Shown in pieces: positions 44,745-59,078 of a DNA stretch of 64,000 bases (position 1 is the stretch's first letter; every line of letters starts with the position of its first letter). This DNA comes from Octopus vulgaris (lineage: Eukaryota), in assembly GCA_951406725.2 (NCBI GenBank), contig OX597823.1:91636001-91700000 (forward strand), given 5' to 3'. A program made the position numbers and the translations under genes. A model generated the notes under the pieces. That model worked only from the letters and a program-made list of their open reading frames with translations. It was not told the origin of the DNA and made no database searches.

Positions 44745-45086
44745 AAAGGATATTGAACAGACAGACATAAAGGCCTGCACCTAAAAAAGAAATATGAGAA
44801 AATATACAGGCAGAGATGGCAAAAAAAAAAAGCGAAAGCAAAAAGAGATTTTAAACCAAATCATCATCATCATCATCATCATCATGGTCATCATGATCAT
44901 CATCATCCACCACCGCCACCGCCATCACCACCACCATCATCACCACCACCACTACCACCACTACCACTACCACTACCACCGCCACCACCATCGTCGTCGT
45001 GGTCCTCCTCCTCCTCCTCCTCTCAATATCATCATCATCAGTCATCATCCTCACCCCGTCATCTTTATAATAATAGAAATAATGAA

Positions 45087-45155
<69 letters not shown>

Positions 45156-45201
45156 TAATAATAACAATGATAATAATAATAATAATAGTAATAATAATAA
45201 T

Positions 45202-45252
<51 letters not shown>

Positions 45253-45624
45253 CCTTTCTACTATAAGCACAAGGCTTGAAATTTTGGGATGCGGGGTCCA
45301 GTCAATTACATCGACCCCAGTGCGTAACTGGTACTTATTTCATCAACCCCGAAAGGATGAGTCGACCTCGGCGGAATTCCTTTCTACTATAGGCATAAGG
45401 CCTTAAATTTTGGGGGAAGGAATTGTCGATTACATGGACCGTAGTACGCAACTGGTACTTACTTTATCGATTCTGAAAAGATGAATGGTAAAGTCGACCG
45501 CGGCGGAATTTGAACTCGGAATGTAGCGACGGGTGAAATACTGCTAAGCATTTCGTCCAGCGCATGACGATTCTGCCAGCTCGCCGCCTTCATAACAATG
45601 ATGATGATGATGGTGATGATGTTG

Positions 45625-45683
<59 letters not shown>

Positions 45684-45809
45684 CCTTTCTGCTATAGGCA
45701 CAAGCCTGAAACTTTGGCTACGAGGGTTTTCGATTACATCGAGATCAATACGTAACTGGTATTTATTTCGTGAACCCCGAAATGTTGAAAGGCAAAGATG
45801 ATGATGATA

Positions 45810-45840
<31 letters not shown>

Positions 45841-46563
45841 GCAAAATAAAATCAAACATAAGTAAATGTATAAAAAAGAAAAGTATTCCAACGAATAAAG
45901 AGAACATTGAAAATCCAATTAGGAATTATACAAAAAAAAAGATAAAAAGATAAAAATAGTGGAAGGCAAAAAAAAAAACAGTTGTAAGTCAATAGAACTG
46001 TAGTTGTGTAATATTTGGTCAACTAAGTGCCATTTGTGAAATTCTCTATCTCTAAAATGACCAAAATAAACTAAAACGAGTGATTTTTTTCCACTAATCT
46101 TAATCATAAAATAACCACACAATTTCTGATTTTTGTTATGTATATCGGTTTTACTTACCGACATTTTTATATAATTTTGTTTCATATGATTTTTATACAA
46201 TTATATCTATATAATGTATATGTGTTTTTTAAATATATTTCCCGTTAATTTTTGGTTTTGTGTTTATGTGTTTCTTTCTGTTGGTTCTGGAAGCTTTTTA
46301 ACCATTGGATGAAATATTTACACGCATGCATACATATATGTGTAGATAAATGTGTGTGTGTGTTTGTCTGTGTGTGGCGTGCTTGTGAGAATATGTGTGT
46401 ATGTAAGTATGCTAAAAAAAAACCCAGTCATACTGTTATGATGCGTTATATTCGTAAAATGTACACTTGTTGAATATGAGTTTAATAAGTATATCTTTAG
46501 TCCTGGTATGAAATTAGATATAGTTAAAATTTATCTCTCTATCTATCTATGTATTTATATATG

Positions 46564-46623
<60 letters not shown>

Positions 46624-46665
46624 CATCTATCTATCTATCTATCTATCTATTCACCTGTCTCTCTG

Positions 46666-46712
<47 letters not shown>

Positions 46713-46727
46713 GTCTGTCTGTCTGAC

Positions 46728-46766
<39 letters not shown>

Positions 46767-47049
46767 GTATCTATCTATATATCTATCTATCTATCTATTT
46801 ATTTATCTATCTATCTATCTATATTCATATAAAATGTCAACACAAGGAAAGGAATTGAGCATCACATTCCATTACATAATATTTCAATCAATTCATAACC
46901 ACCTTAGCAGATATTATCAAAATATTATCATATGATATATTAAAGAACACATCATACCAGTAATATTACAGCAATAGTGGAAAGCGTCGTTTCTTCAGGT
47001 ATATATATATCAATACAAACTGCTAAATAAAACATTATTCCACAGTATA

Positions 47050-47703
47050 TTAGGTCTGATCAACAAGTATCCGGACTGTTGGTATAGTAACGAATCTAAA
47101 GCACCAGAGTAAAACCGCTTGGCAAACATTGACCTTGAACTTTGATGTGTATGTGCACTAAGTTTTAACGTTCTAGCTCTCTTCCACTGTTTATAGAAAA
47201 ACATCGCAAATGTCCGTGCAGCTGTGAGGGGAAATCGTCGAATCACTAACTATGAGTTATCAGAGGATGTGCAGATTAGTTACGGTTCAGTTCAGTCCAT
47301 TATCACAGAAGATTTGGGTATGAAACGCGTGTTTCTGGTTTGTGCCAAAACTGCTTTCAGCTGACGAAAGAGACACTCGGGTTTCGGTTGCACAAGATCT
47401 CCTTAACTGTGTCGAGAACGATGAAAAATGTTTGAGAACTTTGTGTAAGCTTCTGAGCAGGTATCGCCAAGCATTTGGTGCAGATTCTCTGCTCAATTTT
47501 CTCTGTCATGGTCAATGTGACGAACACACGCTACACACCTTCCTTCCAAGCACCGCTGTAAACAGCGCAATTGAGCTAGAACGTTAAATCTTAGTGCACA
47601 TGCACGGCAGAGTTCAAGGTCAATCTGTGCTAAGCGGTTTCACTCTGTGTACTTTAGCTTTGTTACTATAGCAACAGTGCGGGTACTCATTGATCAGACC
47701 ACG
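47050..47703. mobile_element. Internally deleted mariner element with long (about 130-bp) inverted ends
   Basis: ggtctgatcaa...aacgttctagctc / gagctagaacgtt...ttgatcagacc; TA flanks; internal HTH region and FVPKLLS (WVP motif) on + strand. Confidence 0.85.
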
Positions 47704-47932
47704 TATATGCCTCGTTTTAATCATTTCATTAGCATATCATAGTTGAAACAAAACGTTCATGTTGCTCAATCTATTCTCTTTTGTTGATGTCTTTTATATT
47801 CAGTGTTTGATACTCAATGAATTTCTTTTAACTGAGTTCCGGGCGTTCAGTTTCCACAGTAAAATCCTGTTTGACTGCCGATTCTCACACACGGCCTTCC
47901 TAAAGCAAACTAGAAGTTGAATCTCTAAATTG

Positions 47933-47998
<66 letters not shown>

Positions 47999-48145
47999 GA
48001 GTAAACACATAAATGTGAAACAAGGTGGAAAAAAGAGTACTCAAATACCAGTGGTAGAGTAATATGCTTTATTTTAAGCAGCAGAAAATTCAAATTTTCT
48101 GCTGCTTAAAATAAAGTATATATATATATATATATATATAATCTT

Positions 48146-48545
48146 GTACTTGTTTCAGTCATTAGACTGCGGCCATGCTGGGGTATCGCTTTGAAGGGTT
48201 TTTAGTCAAATGAATTGACCACAGTACTTAATTTTTTGTTGTTTATTTGAAGCCTGGTACTTGCTCCATCCCTCTCTTTTTGCCAAACAGCTAAGTTACG
48301 AGAATGTAATCACACCAACGCCGATTGTCAGGTGTTGGTGGTGGTGGGGGGGGGACAAACGCAGACACAAGGACCCCCCCTCACACACATACACATAGAC
48401 ATGTGGATTCCAGACAGTCTCCATCGATAATTGGTCATCCTAGAACTAATATTAGCAGAACAAACTTACCCAAGGCGCTGGGCAATGAGACTGAACCCAA
48501 GTCCACGTGGTAGCAATGCAAGCTCCATAACCACATAGCCACGTC
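48146..48545 (-). mobile_element. SINE family A, diverged
   Basis: Family motifs. Confidence 0.75.
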
Positions 48546-50049
48546 TGTGTCTCTATTTGCTGATAATCATTTAATGAATATTTTAAAACAAAAATTACGA
48601 GTTTATGGAAATAATGAATATAAGACGAAAACTCAGCAGATATTGTGTGTATTTCATACGCACGGCTAATGTAGTAAAGTTAGAAATATTACCAACAATA
48701 AATGTCATACTGAGTCGGTTATGATAAAAGGAACAACCTACTTGTGAAATTGCACGTGGCTGAGTACTCCACAGTCATGCGTACTATTAATGTAGTTCTC
48801 GGGGAGATTCAGCGTGAAATAGAATGTGCCGAGACTGGTCCAAGACTGGTCATTTACAGGTCATTTTTAGCCAGCTGAGTGGACTGGAACAACATGGAAT
48901 AAAGTGTCTTGCACAAGGGCATGACGTGCCAGCGGGAATCGAACTCAGGCCTTACGATCGTAAGGCCGAATACCCCTAGCCACTAAGCTACGTGCCTTCA
49001 CATGTTAGGTGCAATATTTTAATCAAGAAATGAAAATTACAAAAACTAAAACTACCCTCTGTTTTAAGAGACAACGCCAGCAGCTTTGAGGGGAGGGGCG
49101 TGTAGGCGATACCATTGACCCTAGTGTTTGACTGGTACTTTATTTATTGTCCCTTGAGACATAAAATACAAAGGTAACTTTGGTGGGATTCGAACTCAGG
49201 ATAGGAAGATCCGGAAACAAATAACACAAAGCCGTTTTTTTCTGACGCTCTATCAATTCTCCCAATCCATCGCCCGTTGTGTATCATCGATATCTCATGA
49301 TTGGTTGATATTTTGGGATGATAACCTTGGTGGAACACCATTATAATATCAAAGATGGTATTTTCCTTTATACGGCTAACAGGAAATTAATACATTTACT
49401 CAGTATTTTCTTACAATATTACTATTAATATTTCTTCCTTGTCTACATCAGCAACAGAAAGAAATGAATTGTGTTTAGGATTTACGGTTTGTCTGAAACG
49501 TGCCAACTGATGTTGTAGGTTAGGTTATTATTTTCCAAAAGCCGTAGATATATCTCGCTGCTAAACTTATATTTAATCTTCTGTCTGATGTAGACTATAA
49601 TTTATCATAAATGGATTTGCTGTCACACCAATGTAATCTATTCCATTCTGGTTAATGTTAGATATGACAGTGGTGAGGGTGGCGGTGGACGGTTTCTATA
49701 CATAACCGATTCTGCTTAACACGTTTTGTTGCCATTTATTTGCCAGAGCCAGTGAATTACATGCTCTTACTGTAATAATGTTTTACTGTACTAATAATGT
49801 TTTATGTTTCACGGGATTAGTGTTATTTATTATTTATATCATTTTTACTTTTTATTATGTATGTTAGTGCATTAGTGATGTCTATGGCGGTTGAATCATA
49901 TATTTACATTGAAAGCGTATAAAACACTTTTTACTTCTAGAAAAAACTTTCAAAATATTACCCTGGGTCCTATATAAAAAGTCAGGCCTTTCATGTGCAA
50001 ATTTTATCTCTGACGCTTACTCTCGTTGGTTAAATTTTAATCCAGTTTA

Positions 50050-50670
50050 AGGCGGCGAGCTGGCAGAAACGTTAGCACGCCGGGCGAAATGCGTAGCCGT
50101 ATTTTGTCTGCCGTTACGTTCTGAGTTCAAATTCAACCGAGGTCGACTTTGCCTTTCATCCTTTCGGGGTCGATTAAATAAGTACCAGTTACACACTGGG
50201 GGTCGATATAATCGACTTAATCCGTTTGTCTGTCCTCGTTTGTCCCCTCTGTGTTTAGCCCCTTGTGGGTAGTAAAGAAATAGGTATTTCGTCTGCCGCT
50301 ACCTTCTGAGTTCAATTTCCACTGAGCTCAATTTTGCCTTTCATCCTTTCGGAGTCGATAAATTAACTACCAGTTACGCACTGGAGTCGATGTAATCGAC
50401 TTAATCCCTTTGTCTGTCCTTGTTTGCACCCCCCCCCCTATGTTTAGCCCCTTCTGGGTAATAAAGAAATAAGAAACGTTAGCACGCCGGGCGAAATGTT
50501 TAGCGGTATTTCGTCTGTCTTTACTTTCTGAATTCAAATTCCGCCCAGGTCGACTTTGCCTTTCATCCTTTCAGGATCATAAATTAAGTACCAGTTGCGT
50601 ACTGGGGTCGATCAAATGGACTATTCTCCCCACCAAAACAAATTCGGTCTTTGTGCCTAGAGTAGAAAAG
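50050..50670 (+). mobile_element. SINE family B with internal triplication
   Basis: Body (ttctgagttcaa...gcctttcatcctttc...accagtt) occurs three times in tandem. Confidence 0.85.
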
Positions 50671-51404
50671 AATTATAATCCAGGTTGTCTTATCAACGAA
50701 GCCTAATTCCATGACAATAATATTTATCTAAACATTAGAGTGATTATTAAAATCGGTGAGCTAACAGAATTGTTAGCATACCGGTAAGACGTCTTAACAA
50801 CATCACATCCGCCTTTATGTTTTGAGTTCAAATCCTGCTGAGGCTCCGTTTGATTTTTTTAAACACTTTTTGGGGCTTGATAAAGTCATGTAAACGAATC
50901 TTCCCTTTCCCAAAATTTCAGGCCTTGTACCAATATTAGAAAATTATTTTAAGTCGGTGATATGGAGCAATCAGTAACATAGCAGACAAACTACTAACTG
51001 GTATTTCCTTTTAAATTCTATAAAATGCGCTTAGTACATTTTCAATATAAATTTACATCAAATAACTGATTCAACGCGCACAGACTCAACTGGTAGTCAT
51101 TTTATCGAACCCATCAGGAAGTGCGCATAGTCAACCTCGACAGAATTTGAACTCAGAGCATAAAGATAGACGAATATTTTCTAAAGCGTTGGTGGTAGCA
51201 TTGCCTGAATATGGTAGATTAAACTCTGTTACCTATCGTTTCTGTTTCAATTTTCTCTGGGGTGAAATCTTGTCTTACTTAGAAGTTTTGCTAAAATGAG
51301 ATTTTTTTGTGAATTCCTCCCTAGTCCACCAAAAAATCCTTTATTTGAGACAGTGAGTCTATTTCGAATCCGGGCACAAAAAAATCATCAAATATTGGCA
51401 CAAG

Positions 51405-51835
51405 TGTGTCTATGAGGTAAAACGTTTGCTTCTCAACTACATGATTCCGGGTTCAGTCTCACTGCATGGCACTTAGGGCAAATGTCTTCTACTATTACTT
51501 CAGGCCGACCAAAGCCTTATGAATGGGTTTGGTAGACGGAAACAGAAAGAAGCCTGTCATATATATATATGTACGTATGTATATATATATGTGTGTGTGT
51601 TTGTGTGTGCGTGTGTATTTGTGTTTTTGTCCCCCACTACAGCTTGAAAATCGTTGTTGGTGTGTTTACGTCCCTGTAACTTGACGCTTCAGCAAAAGAA
51701 ACCAATAAAATAAGTACTAGACTTGAAAAACCGAAATAAGCACTGAGGTCAATTCATTCGACTAAAAATTCTTCAAGGTGGTGCTCCAGCATGGCCAAAT
51801 TCTAATGACTGAACGAAGCAAAAGGATGAAGAATA
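51405..51835 (+). mobile_element. SINE family A
   Basis: Family motifs. Confidence 0.85.
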
Positions 51836-52699
51836 AATAGCTTATTTAATACATTTCGAGCATATCCTTTCATATTGAACAAATAAACAGATGTAAGTAA
51901 AATAAAAAAAAATCCACCATTTAATACCTACTTTTGGCTCCTGCTTGCAATAGCCCAGAATCTTTTACACAGAGCCAAATTTCCTTCCAAAATTATTTAG
52001 ATTTGAAGCATAAATATACAGGAAATATTGTATGTTTTTAAGAGGCGGTGATATAATTTATAAATCCAATATATAGTTTTATCTACATTTTCTATATTTC
52101 ACTCCAAAGCTGAAAGAATTCACTGCATGGAAATTAGATCAATCATTATTAGTTCGGCTAAGAAATTTGTTATTTTTTCGTATAATTTGGTTTTCTTTGA
52201 TAATTAATTGCGTTCTCAAGTAGGTGATGAGTGTGGTTTACGCTACATTTTGACGATGTCTTCTGTTCTCAAATACTGGTAACATTGTAAATGTTTTTTT
52301 AAGACATAATTCAGTATAAAATGCCATCTTATAACCATATACATGCGTATACGCACACACACAGATATATATGTATTCACACAGCCTGAGTTTATACATG
52401 TTTGCATATCTGTCAAGCCTCATATCATCGATTCATCTGTCTGTCTATCTGTTTAGTCATCTATATATGTGTGTGTATGTGTTTGTGTGTGTGTATGTAT
52501 ATGCATGTATATGGTTAGTCATCCTGTAAGTTTGGATTTACTCCCTAATATTATTATTATTATTATATATATATATATGTATGTATGTATGTATTATGTA
52601 TATATGTATGTATATCTATTATACTGAAGTGGTTGTCTGGTAAGACACTTGCTTCCCAACCACATGGTTCCAGATTCAGTCCCACTGCGTGGCACCTGC

Positions 52700-52905
52700 T
52701 GCCCCTTGTGGTCTCCCCATACGAAACAAAACATCTCGAGGATTGAATCATTCCAGAGGGCACTCACTAAATGAATTGAAGGCATGACTGATCTCGATTA
52801 CTGGGACCGCCTTAAAGCCTTGAAACTGTACTCTCTCCAGCGCCGCCGCAAACGGTACATTATTTGTACAATGTGGAGAATATACCGCCAGCATTTCCCC
52901 AAAAA
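52700..52905 (+). mobile_element. CR1-group LINE fragment
   Basis: LDYWDRLKALKLYSLQRRRKRYIICTMWRIY. Confidence 0.75.
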
Positions 52906-52993
52906 GGATTTAGATAATCCTATCAGGTGGTGCTATTAAGTTAGACATAGCCTGGTCCAATCTTTGGTCGAAACTTATCTAAGTTTTTATCTA

Positions 52994-53072
<79 letters not shown>

Positions 53073-53724
53073 GTATGTATGTATGTATGTATGTATGTAT
53101 GTATGTATGTATGTCCATACACACGTACACATCTAGCATATTGCAGCTGTTTCTCTGATCAAACGAAGGAAACTATATTTTTGTTAAGTTTTCAAGTGTA
53201 TTCGATGTCTAACATTCATTGCCCCTGACTGAGAAATTTGACAAGAGGCAGGATTGAACTCAAAACACGCAGAACCAAAGAAAATACTCCAATGCACCCT
53301 ATGTGGCAGTTTAACAATTTTTACGACTCTTCTGCACTGGACATATATTACTTGTTGAACTCGCAAATGATGCAAAGCAATGTTGACATCAGCCAGACCA
53401 TTCTTGATTAATGTAAATACTTTAATTATATATAAAACAACAGCAAGTGTTAACAGATTATGGCAAATATTTAATTAATTAAAAAAACCCAGATGATTGT
53501 TACTTCCAAGTTTTGATTAAACTGTCATTTCAAATAGTGATGAAAAAATACAGTGATGTAATCTTTACAGTAATCGCGGGTGTTACATTTCACCCTCTAC
53601 GTGATTGGGGAAAATCCGCGAAGTAGAAACAGTACTGTAGTGTATTTTTTCGTTATTTTTATAATTTGTATATATTTCTTCTTTTATTATAAACGCAAAG
53701 CAGCACCACAGAAGAATCAGCTTA

Positions 53725-54115
53725 AGCTTAAATCGTTGTCGTTGTGGCACTTCGTTGGTTACGACGACGAGGGTTCCAGTTGATCCGATCAACGGAACAG
53801 CCTGCTCCTGAAATTAACGTGTAAGTGGCTGAGGACTCCACAGACACGTGTACCCATAACGTAGTTTTCGGGGAGATTCAGCGTGAGACAAAGTGTGATA
53901 AGGCTGGCCTTTTGAAATACAGGTACAACAGAAACAGGAAGAAAGAATGAGAGAAATTTGTGTTGAAAGAGGGTTCGCCAGCACCTCCTGCCAGAGCCTC
54001 GTGGAACTTTAGGTGTTTTCGCTCAATAAACACTCACAACGCCCGGCCAGGGAATTGATACCGCAATCCCACGACCGCGAGTTCACTGCCCTAACCACTG
54101 GGTCATTGCGCCTCC
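53725..54115 (-). mobile_element. SINE family C
   Basis: Homologous to 8465-8768; related copies at 10570-10860, 48740-49000(-), 54170-54450. Confidence 0.8.
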
Positions 54116-54537
54116 ACCAAGCTTAAATTATAAACCGCGATATGGTAAGGGATTACTGTATGTGAATGCATGTGGCCTTGTGGTTAGGATACTCAGCATG
54201 TTTTGGGGTCATGGGTTCAATTCCTGGCGGTGCATTGCGAACTTGAGCAAGGAACTTTATTTCACGTTGCTCTAGTCCACAGAGATGGTGAAAATGAGTT
54301 GTACCTTTAATACAAAAGGTCCATCCTCGTCACATTCTGTTTCTTGTTGATCTCCCTACATTAAGGGTCTGTGGAGTACTCAGCTACTTGCACGTTAAAT
54401 TCACAAACTCGGATCACCTTGCACAGCTTACTCGTGAAAGTAACTGACGGAGCACCTGTGTCGATGTGATTGACTTCCGTCGCTCCCCTCCTCTTGTATT
54501 TGCTGGCCTTGCGCCAAAATTCGAAACAATGCATGAT

Positions 54538-54810
54538 TAAGAAGACGAAGATGAAGAAGAGGAGGAAGATGAAGAAGAAGAAAAGGAAGAAGAAAAAGAA
54601 GAGGAAGAAGGAGAAAAGGAAGACGAAAAAGAAGATGAAAAGGAAGAAGAGGAAAAAGTGGAAGAAGTGGAAAAAGAAGAGGAAGAAGAGGAAGACGATG
54701 AAGAAAAGGAAGAAGAAGACGATGAAGAAGAGGAAAACGAAGAGAAAGAAGAGGAAGAAGAAGAGAAAGAAGAAGAAGAAGTGGAAGAAGGAGAAGAAGA
54801 AGAAGAGGAG
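54538..54810. repeat. Purine-rich (GAA/GAG)n low-complexity tract
   Basis: Direct inspection. Confidence 0.9.
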
Positions 54811-56092
54811 TTAGCAGATATATATTATGAAATTTGCGTCAATATTCCTGAGTGCATGTTTAAGAAATGTTTGTTCTACATGTGGTGCATGTTTTATTTA
54901 AACACTTGAAAACATGGAAAGAAAGTCGAAATTGTGTTTGGAATGTGTTCCTCATTGACTGATGTTATTAGACAGAGGTAAGAAAAACTGGATTTAGAAT
55001 CTAATTTCGATTCACTTGAGGGAAATGCGTAAAAAATGTTTTGAAAGTTACATTTCAATAATTTTAATTCTTTTAATATATGCAAAAAAAAAAAAATGAA
55101 TATCTACCTTATTTAATATTCTAAAAATATTTAAATTAAGTTAACAAAGAAACAAGAGAAATAGAAAGTTATATCATTATTGAATGATATTTTTATTCTC
55201 CAACATATTATAGGAAGAATCTTGAGTTAATAAAATTTAAGATAGGAATTTTTAGGCTATGAGTATTTTGAAAAAATAAAAAAACGATTTTATTTGTCTT
55301 TGGTTTTGTGTTTGGTTTGCAAGATTCCTGATGTGAATACGTGCGTTGAAACAAATCTTGTTGTGTATTGGGAGGGTAATTAGGACAGTAACAATACACG
55401 CACTGGTCCAATATAATGTTTTTTATTGTTAGTCAATTGGTTAAAAGTTTAACGATCTCACTAATAGACCAATTGTTTAATGTACTGGTCAAACAATCAG
55501 TTGTTTGTTAGGCAAAGTCCTTTCGTCACTGTTTACGACCTTCTCAGTGTCTTGCCCCATCTCTTCAAGATCTGTGTTATTATAATTGATGTGATGACTT
55601 TCCCAAGACAACAACAACATTCTGCTTGTATTTTTATGGAAATATTTAAACCTCTCTCCCACCATAAAAATATGGTTTCAAATTTAGATACAAAGATAGC
55701 AGTTTTAAGGGTTTGAAATTAGCTAACGTCTTCAACTCTAGTACTTGACAGGCACTTTATTTTAACAATCCTGGAAGATGAAAGGTAATCTTGATTCAGA
55801 TTTCGATTCAGACTTGAAGGGCCGGATATGAAGCAACCAATGTATACGTTTATATTGTATGAAGAATTGGCTATTTAACCAACGAAGTGCTACTAATAAA
55901 ACTCTGATTTGGGATATAAAAATAATTATCGTACGACAAAGTGGAATATATCTTAATATATACTTAATATGAGGCGGTACATCGGCAGAAATGTTAGCAC
56001 GCTGGGCAAGATGCTTCATGAGATTTCGGTTGCGTTTATGTTCTGAGTTCAAATGCTGCCCGGTTTGACTTTACCTTTCATCCTTTAGGAGT

Positions 56093-56702
56093 TGTAGTGA
56101 GTCAAGGAAGGGCTATTTTGTTGTCGCGGATTAGCACAGTTGTGCTTTGGCAACAGCAGCCAATCGGAGCTGGTCGCGTAGCTATAAATACAGCGTCATC
56201 CGTCCAGAAAGGAACTCGGTTCCGGTCAGTCAACCGGCAGTTAGCAGAAGACTTCCACGAGAGAACAGCTATTTTCAGTGGTACTTCGGAAGGACACTAC
56301 TTCTGATGACATTACTTCAACGTGAACAGCTGTATTATTTCACCGACTTTAACGCCGTAAACTTCGGGATTACATTAAATTCGCACGGCAAATGCCATTA
56401 CTCTCTGGACGGAACCTGTTTGTTTAAACTTCTTTCTACCTTTATCGCAGTTTGCTTTTATCTATTTGTGTAATAGTAAGTCCAATGGCCTTCCTTGGCT
56501 CCTACATATAACAATTGTCTACTCTCACTGCAACCCTAATAAATAATGTTTGTCCTAATATAGCTTTCTGGTGTATTTTCTCAACGCCTCACAGATGCAA
56601 CTGTTTCATTGAATTTCCACATTGTATATCTATTTGGTAAGACGCTAAAATTGGTTCCGTTTTACTCAAGTTACATTCGAACACAGAAACAACTACATTA
56701 TA
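56093..56702 (+). mobile_element. Solo LTR (about 610 bp) inserted in a SINE B copy
   Basis: Starts TGTAGT, ends ACTACAttata; GAGT duplicated at 56089-56092 and 56703-56706; CCAAT 56160, TATAAAT 56183, AATAAA 56538; SINE B halves on each side. Confidence 0.7.
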
Positions 56703-56852
56703 GAGTCGATAAAATAAGTTCCATTTAGGCACAGGGGTCGATGTAACTGACATACATTATTCGCCGAAACTTCTGGCCTTGTGCCAAAATTTGAAACCTA
56801 TATAAACTGAATGTAACGCATTTGGTGTTGGCAGATATTATAAATCACAATG

Positions 56853-56925
<73 letters not shown>

Positions 56926-56930
<5 letters not shown>

Positions 56931-57761
56931 TGATCTTAGAAGATTGTCACAAACGACACAAAAACTTATCAATAGCCTGGATAGACTATAAAAAGGCTTT
57001 TGATAGCCTACCACATAGCTGGATTAGGAAATGCCTGGAAATGTATAAGATAGCACCTACTCTGCGAAACTTCTGGACTGTAAGTATGAGATCATGGAGA
57101 ACCACACTAACTCTGAACAGTGACAATGAATCACTAAATGGATTTGCCCCATGAAAAAAACTGGTGGGAACACAATCCACCTCCAGTGCTTGAAAATGAC
57201 CACATCTCACTCCTCTGGAACTTCACCATACAAACTGACAGAAAGATAGATGCAAATAGGCCAGACATCATATTGAAAGGCTTCAGACAAAGAACATGCC
57301 TCCTCATTGATATAACTGTCCCAATCGATATAAACGTATCTGTCTAGACCTACCAAAAACTGAGCAAATATAAAGATCTTGAAATAGAAATCAGCAAAAT
57401 GTGGAACCTGAAGACTAAAACAATACCTGTTGTCATAGGTGCCCTGGGAATGATAGCGAAAGGGGCTGATTGCTACCTAACTCAGATACCAGGAAACCCC
57501 AAAATGGCAGAAATTCAAAAGATAGTGCTCATGGGAACTGCTCATATCCTACGCAAAATACTCTCTATGTAATCCCAAGGTTTAAAACAAACTTTTTTTT
57601 TAAAATTTATGTATTAGACATTCACTGGTACAACACAAAAAAACCCCCAAATATATGGCACACTAGGCAAAATAACAACGTGAACTTCCAACCTGTTGTC
57701 TCTTGAGGTCTCTGGGTGAGACTTGGAGCCAACTTGTACAGACATAAAGCAAAAGTTAAAC

Positions 57762-57763
<2 letters not shown>
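56926..57763 (+). mobile_element. R4/Dong-like LINE copy with a large internal deletion
   Basis: RT segment (NLSIAWIDYKKAFDSLPHSWI) fused near 57139 to sequence nearly identical to 20997-21623; (TAA)n flanks. Confidence 0.9.
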
Positions 57764-57859
<96 letters not shown>

Positions 57860-57862
57860 TAG

Positions 57863-58271
57863 CGAACATGGGTACCGTCAGTCGAAAAGTTAACTTTGTT
57901 AACTGTTAATCCGTTAACCAAAAAGTTAACTTCTATAACCGTTAAGCAGTTAATTATCTCGTAATGTAACAGAAGTTATAGATAAACCGTTAACGTTAAT
58001 TTTTGTCATAGACAAAAATCAGTTCTTTGCTCTAAAACTATTTAAAAAAGCCCTTTAAAAAGTGCCAAATCTATAAAATCCGTTAACTTCAATTCAATTG
58101 AAGTTAACGGACGTTAACTGAAGTTGACTTGAGTTAATGGAAATTAAATGTAATGGGAGTTAATTATTTTAATAGTGATTTCCAAAGTTAACTTAAAAGT
58201 TAAATCGTTAAGGAAAATGTTAACTTTGTTAATTAACGATTAACGGATTAATGGTTTGGTGCCTAGGTTTG
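57863..58271. mobile_element. hAT-like MITE with GTTAAC-rich subterminal repeats
   Basis: 8-bp TSD TAAATTAG (57855-57862, 58272-58279); imperfect TIR cgaacatgggtacc / ggtgcctaggtttg. Confidence 0.8.
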
Positions 58272-58905
58272 TAAATTAGGCTGTATACAAAATAAAGGTG
58301 GGAAGATGCAACTGACTATAGGCGAAGAAAAGATGAGCACTGAATTAGTGTTCAAACAGATCGACTTATTAAACCCCCACTACCCAAGCAAGGTAAAACA
58401 GACAGCAGAGCAAGAATTGGCGGTAAGAAATAGGTGGTTCAAGCAAGTAATAAAGAGACTAGAGGACAGACAATTATAGATGACAGGAAATTATATGAGA
58501 TGTTACATGTACAAATTCATATTTCAGAAAAATAACTCTTTACAGCTGTTTCAAAGATTTTGTGACAGTGATGCTATAATGATGTATTCAACTACATTTT
58601 GATGTCTGCTTGGATTACAGAAACAACAGTGCTTCAGTAATTGGTGGGTTATTTCTGACTGACTGAAATTTGTTTTTGACAAAACCACTATTTTTAACTA
58701 ATTGTTCATTGTTAGATACTCTTTCGTTTTTACTAAACACTCTTTGCTAATTGATTTGCATAATAGAATAATTCACTTTATAACAGTGATACATTTATTC
58801 ACTGAGATTATACACATATACATGCATACACAAACACACATGCATGTATTAATATATATATATATATATACGCATACATACACACACACTTATACATGGT
58901 ATATA

Positions 58906-59007
<102 letters not shown>

Positions 59008-59037
59008 CTATCCATTTATTTATCATATATATGATAC

Positions 59038-59078
<41 letters not shown>

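Noticed and set aside
44794-45279. His/Pro/Ile/Asn-rich ORF
   Set aside because: Concatenated trinucleotide repeats
46010-46070. miRNA precursor (AATGGCAC seed-like sequence on minus)
   Set aside because: Only about 9 bp of stem with a large unpaired interior; not a pre-miRNA-like hairpin
54470-54909. Lys-rich and Glu-rich ORFs
   Set aside because: Alternate frames of a (GAA)n purine tract, with no splice or domain context
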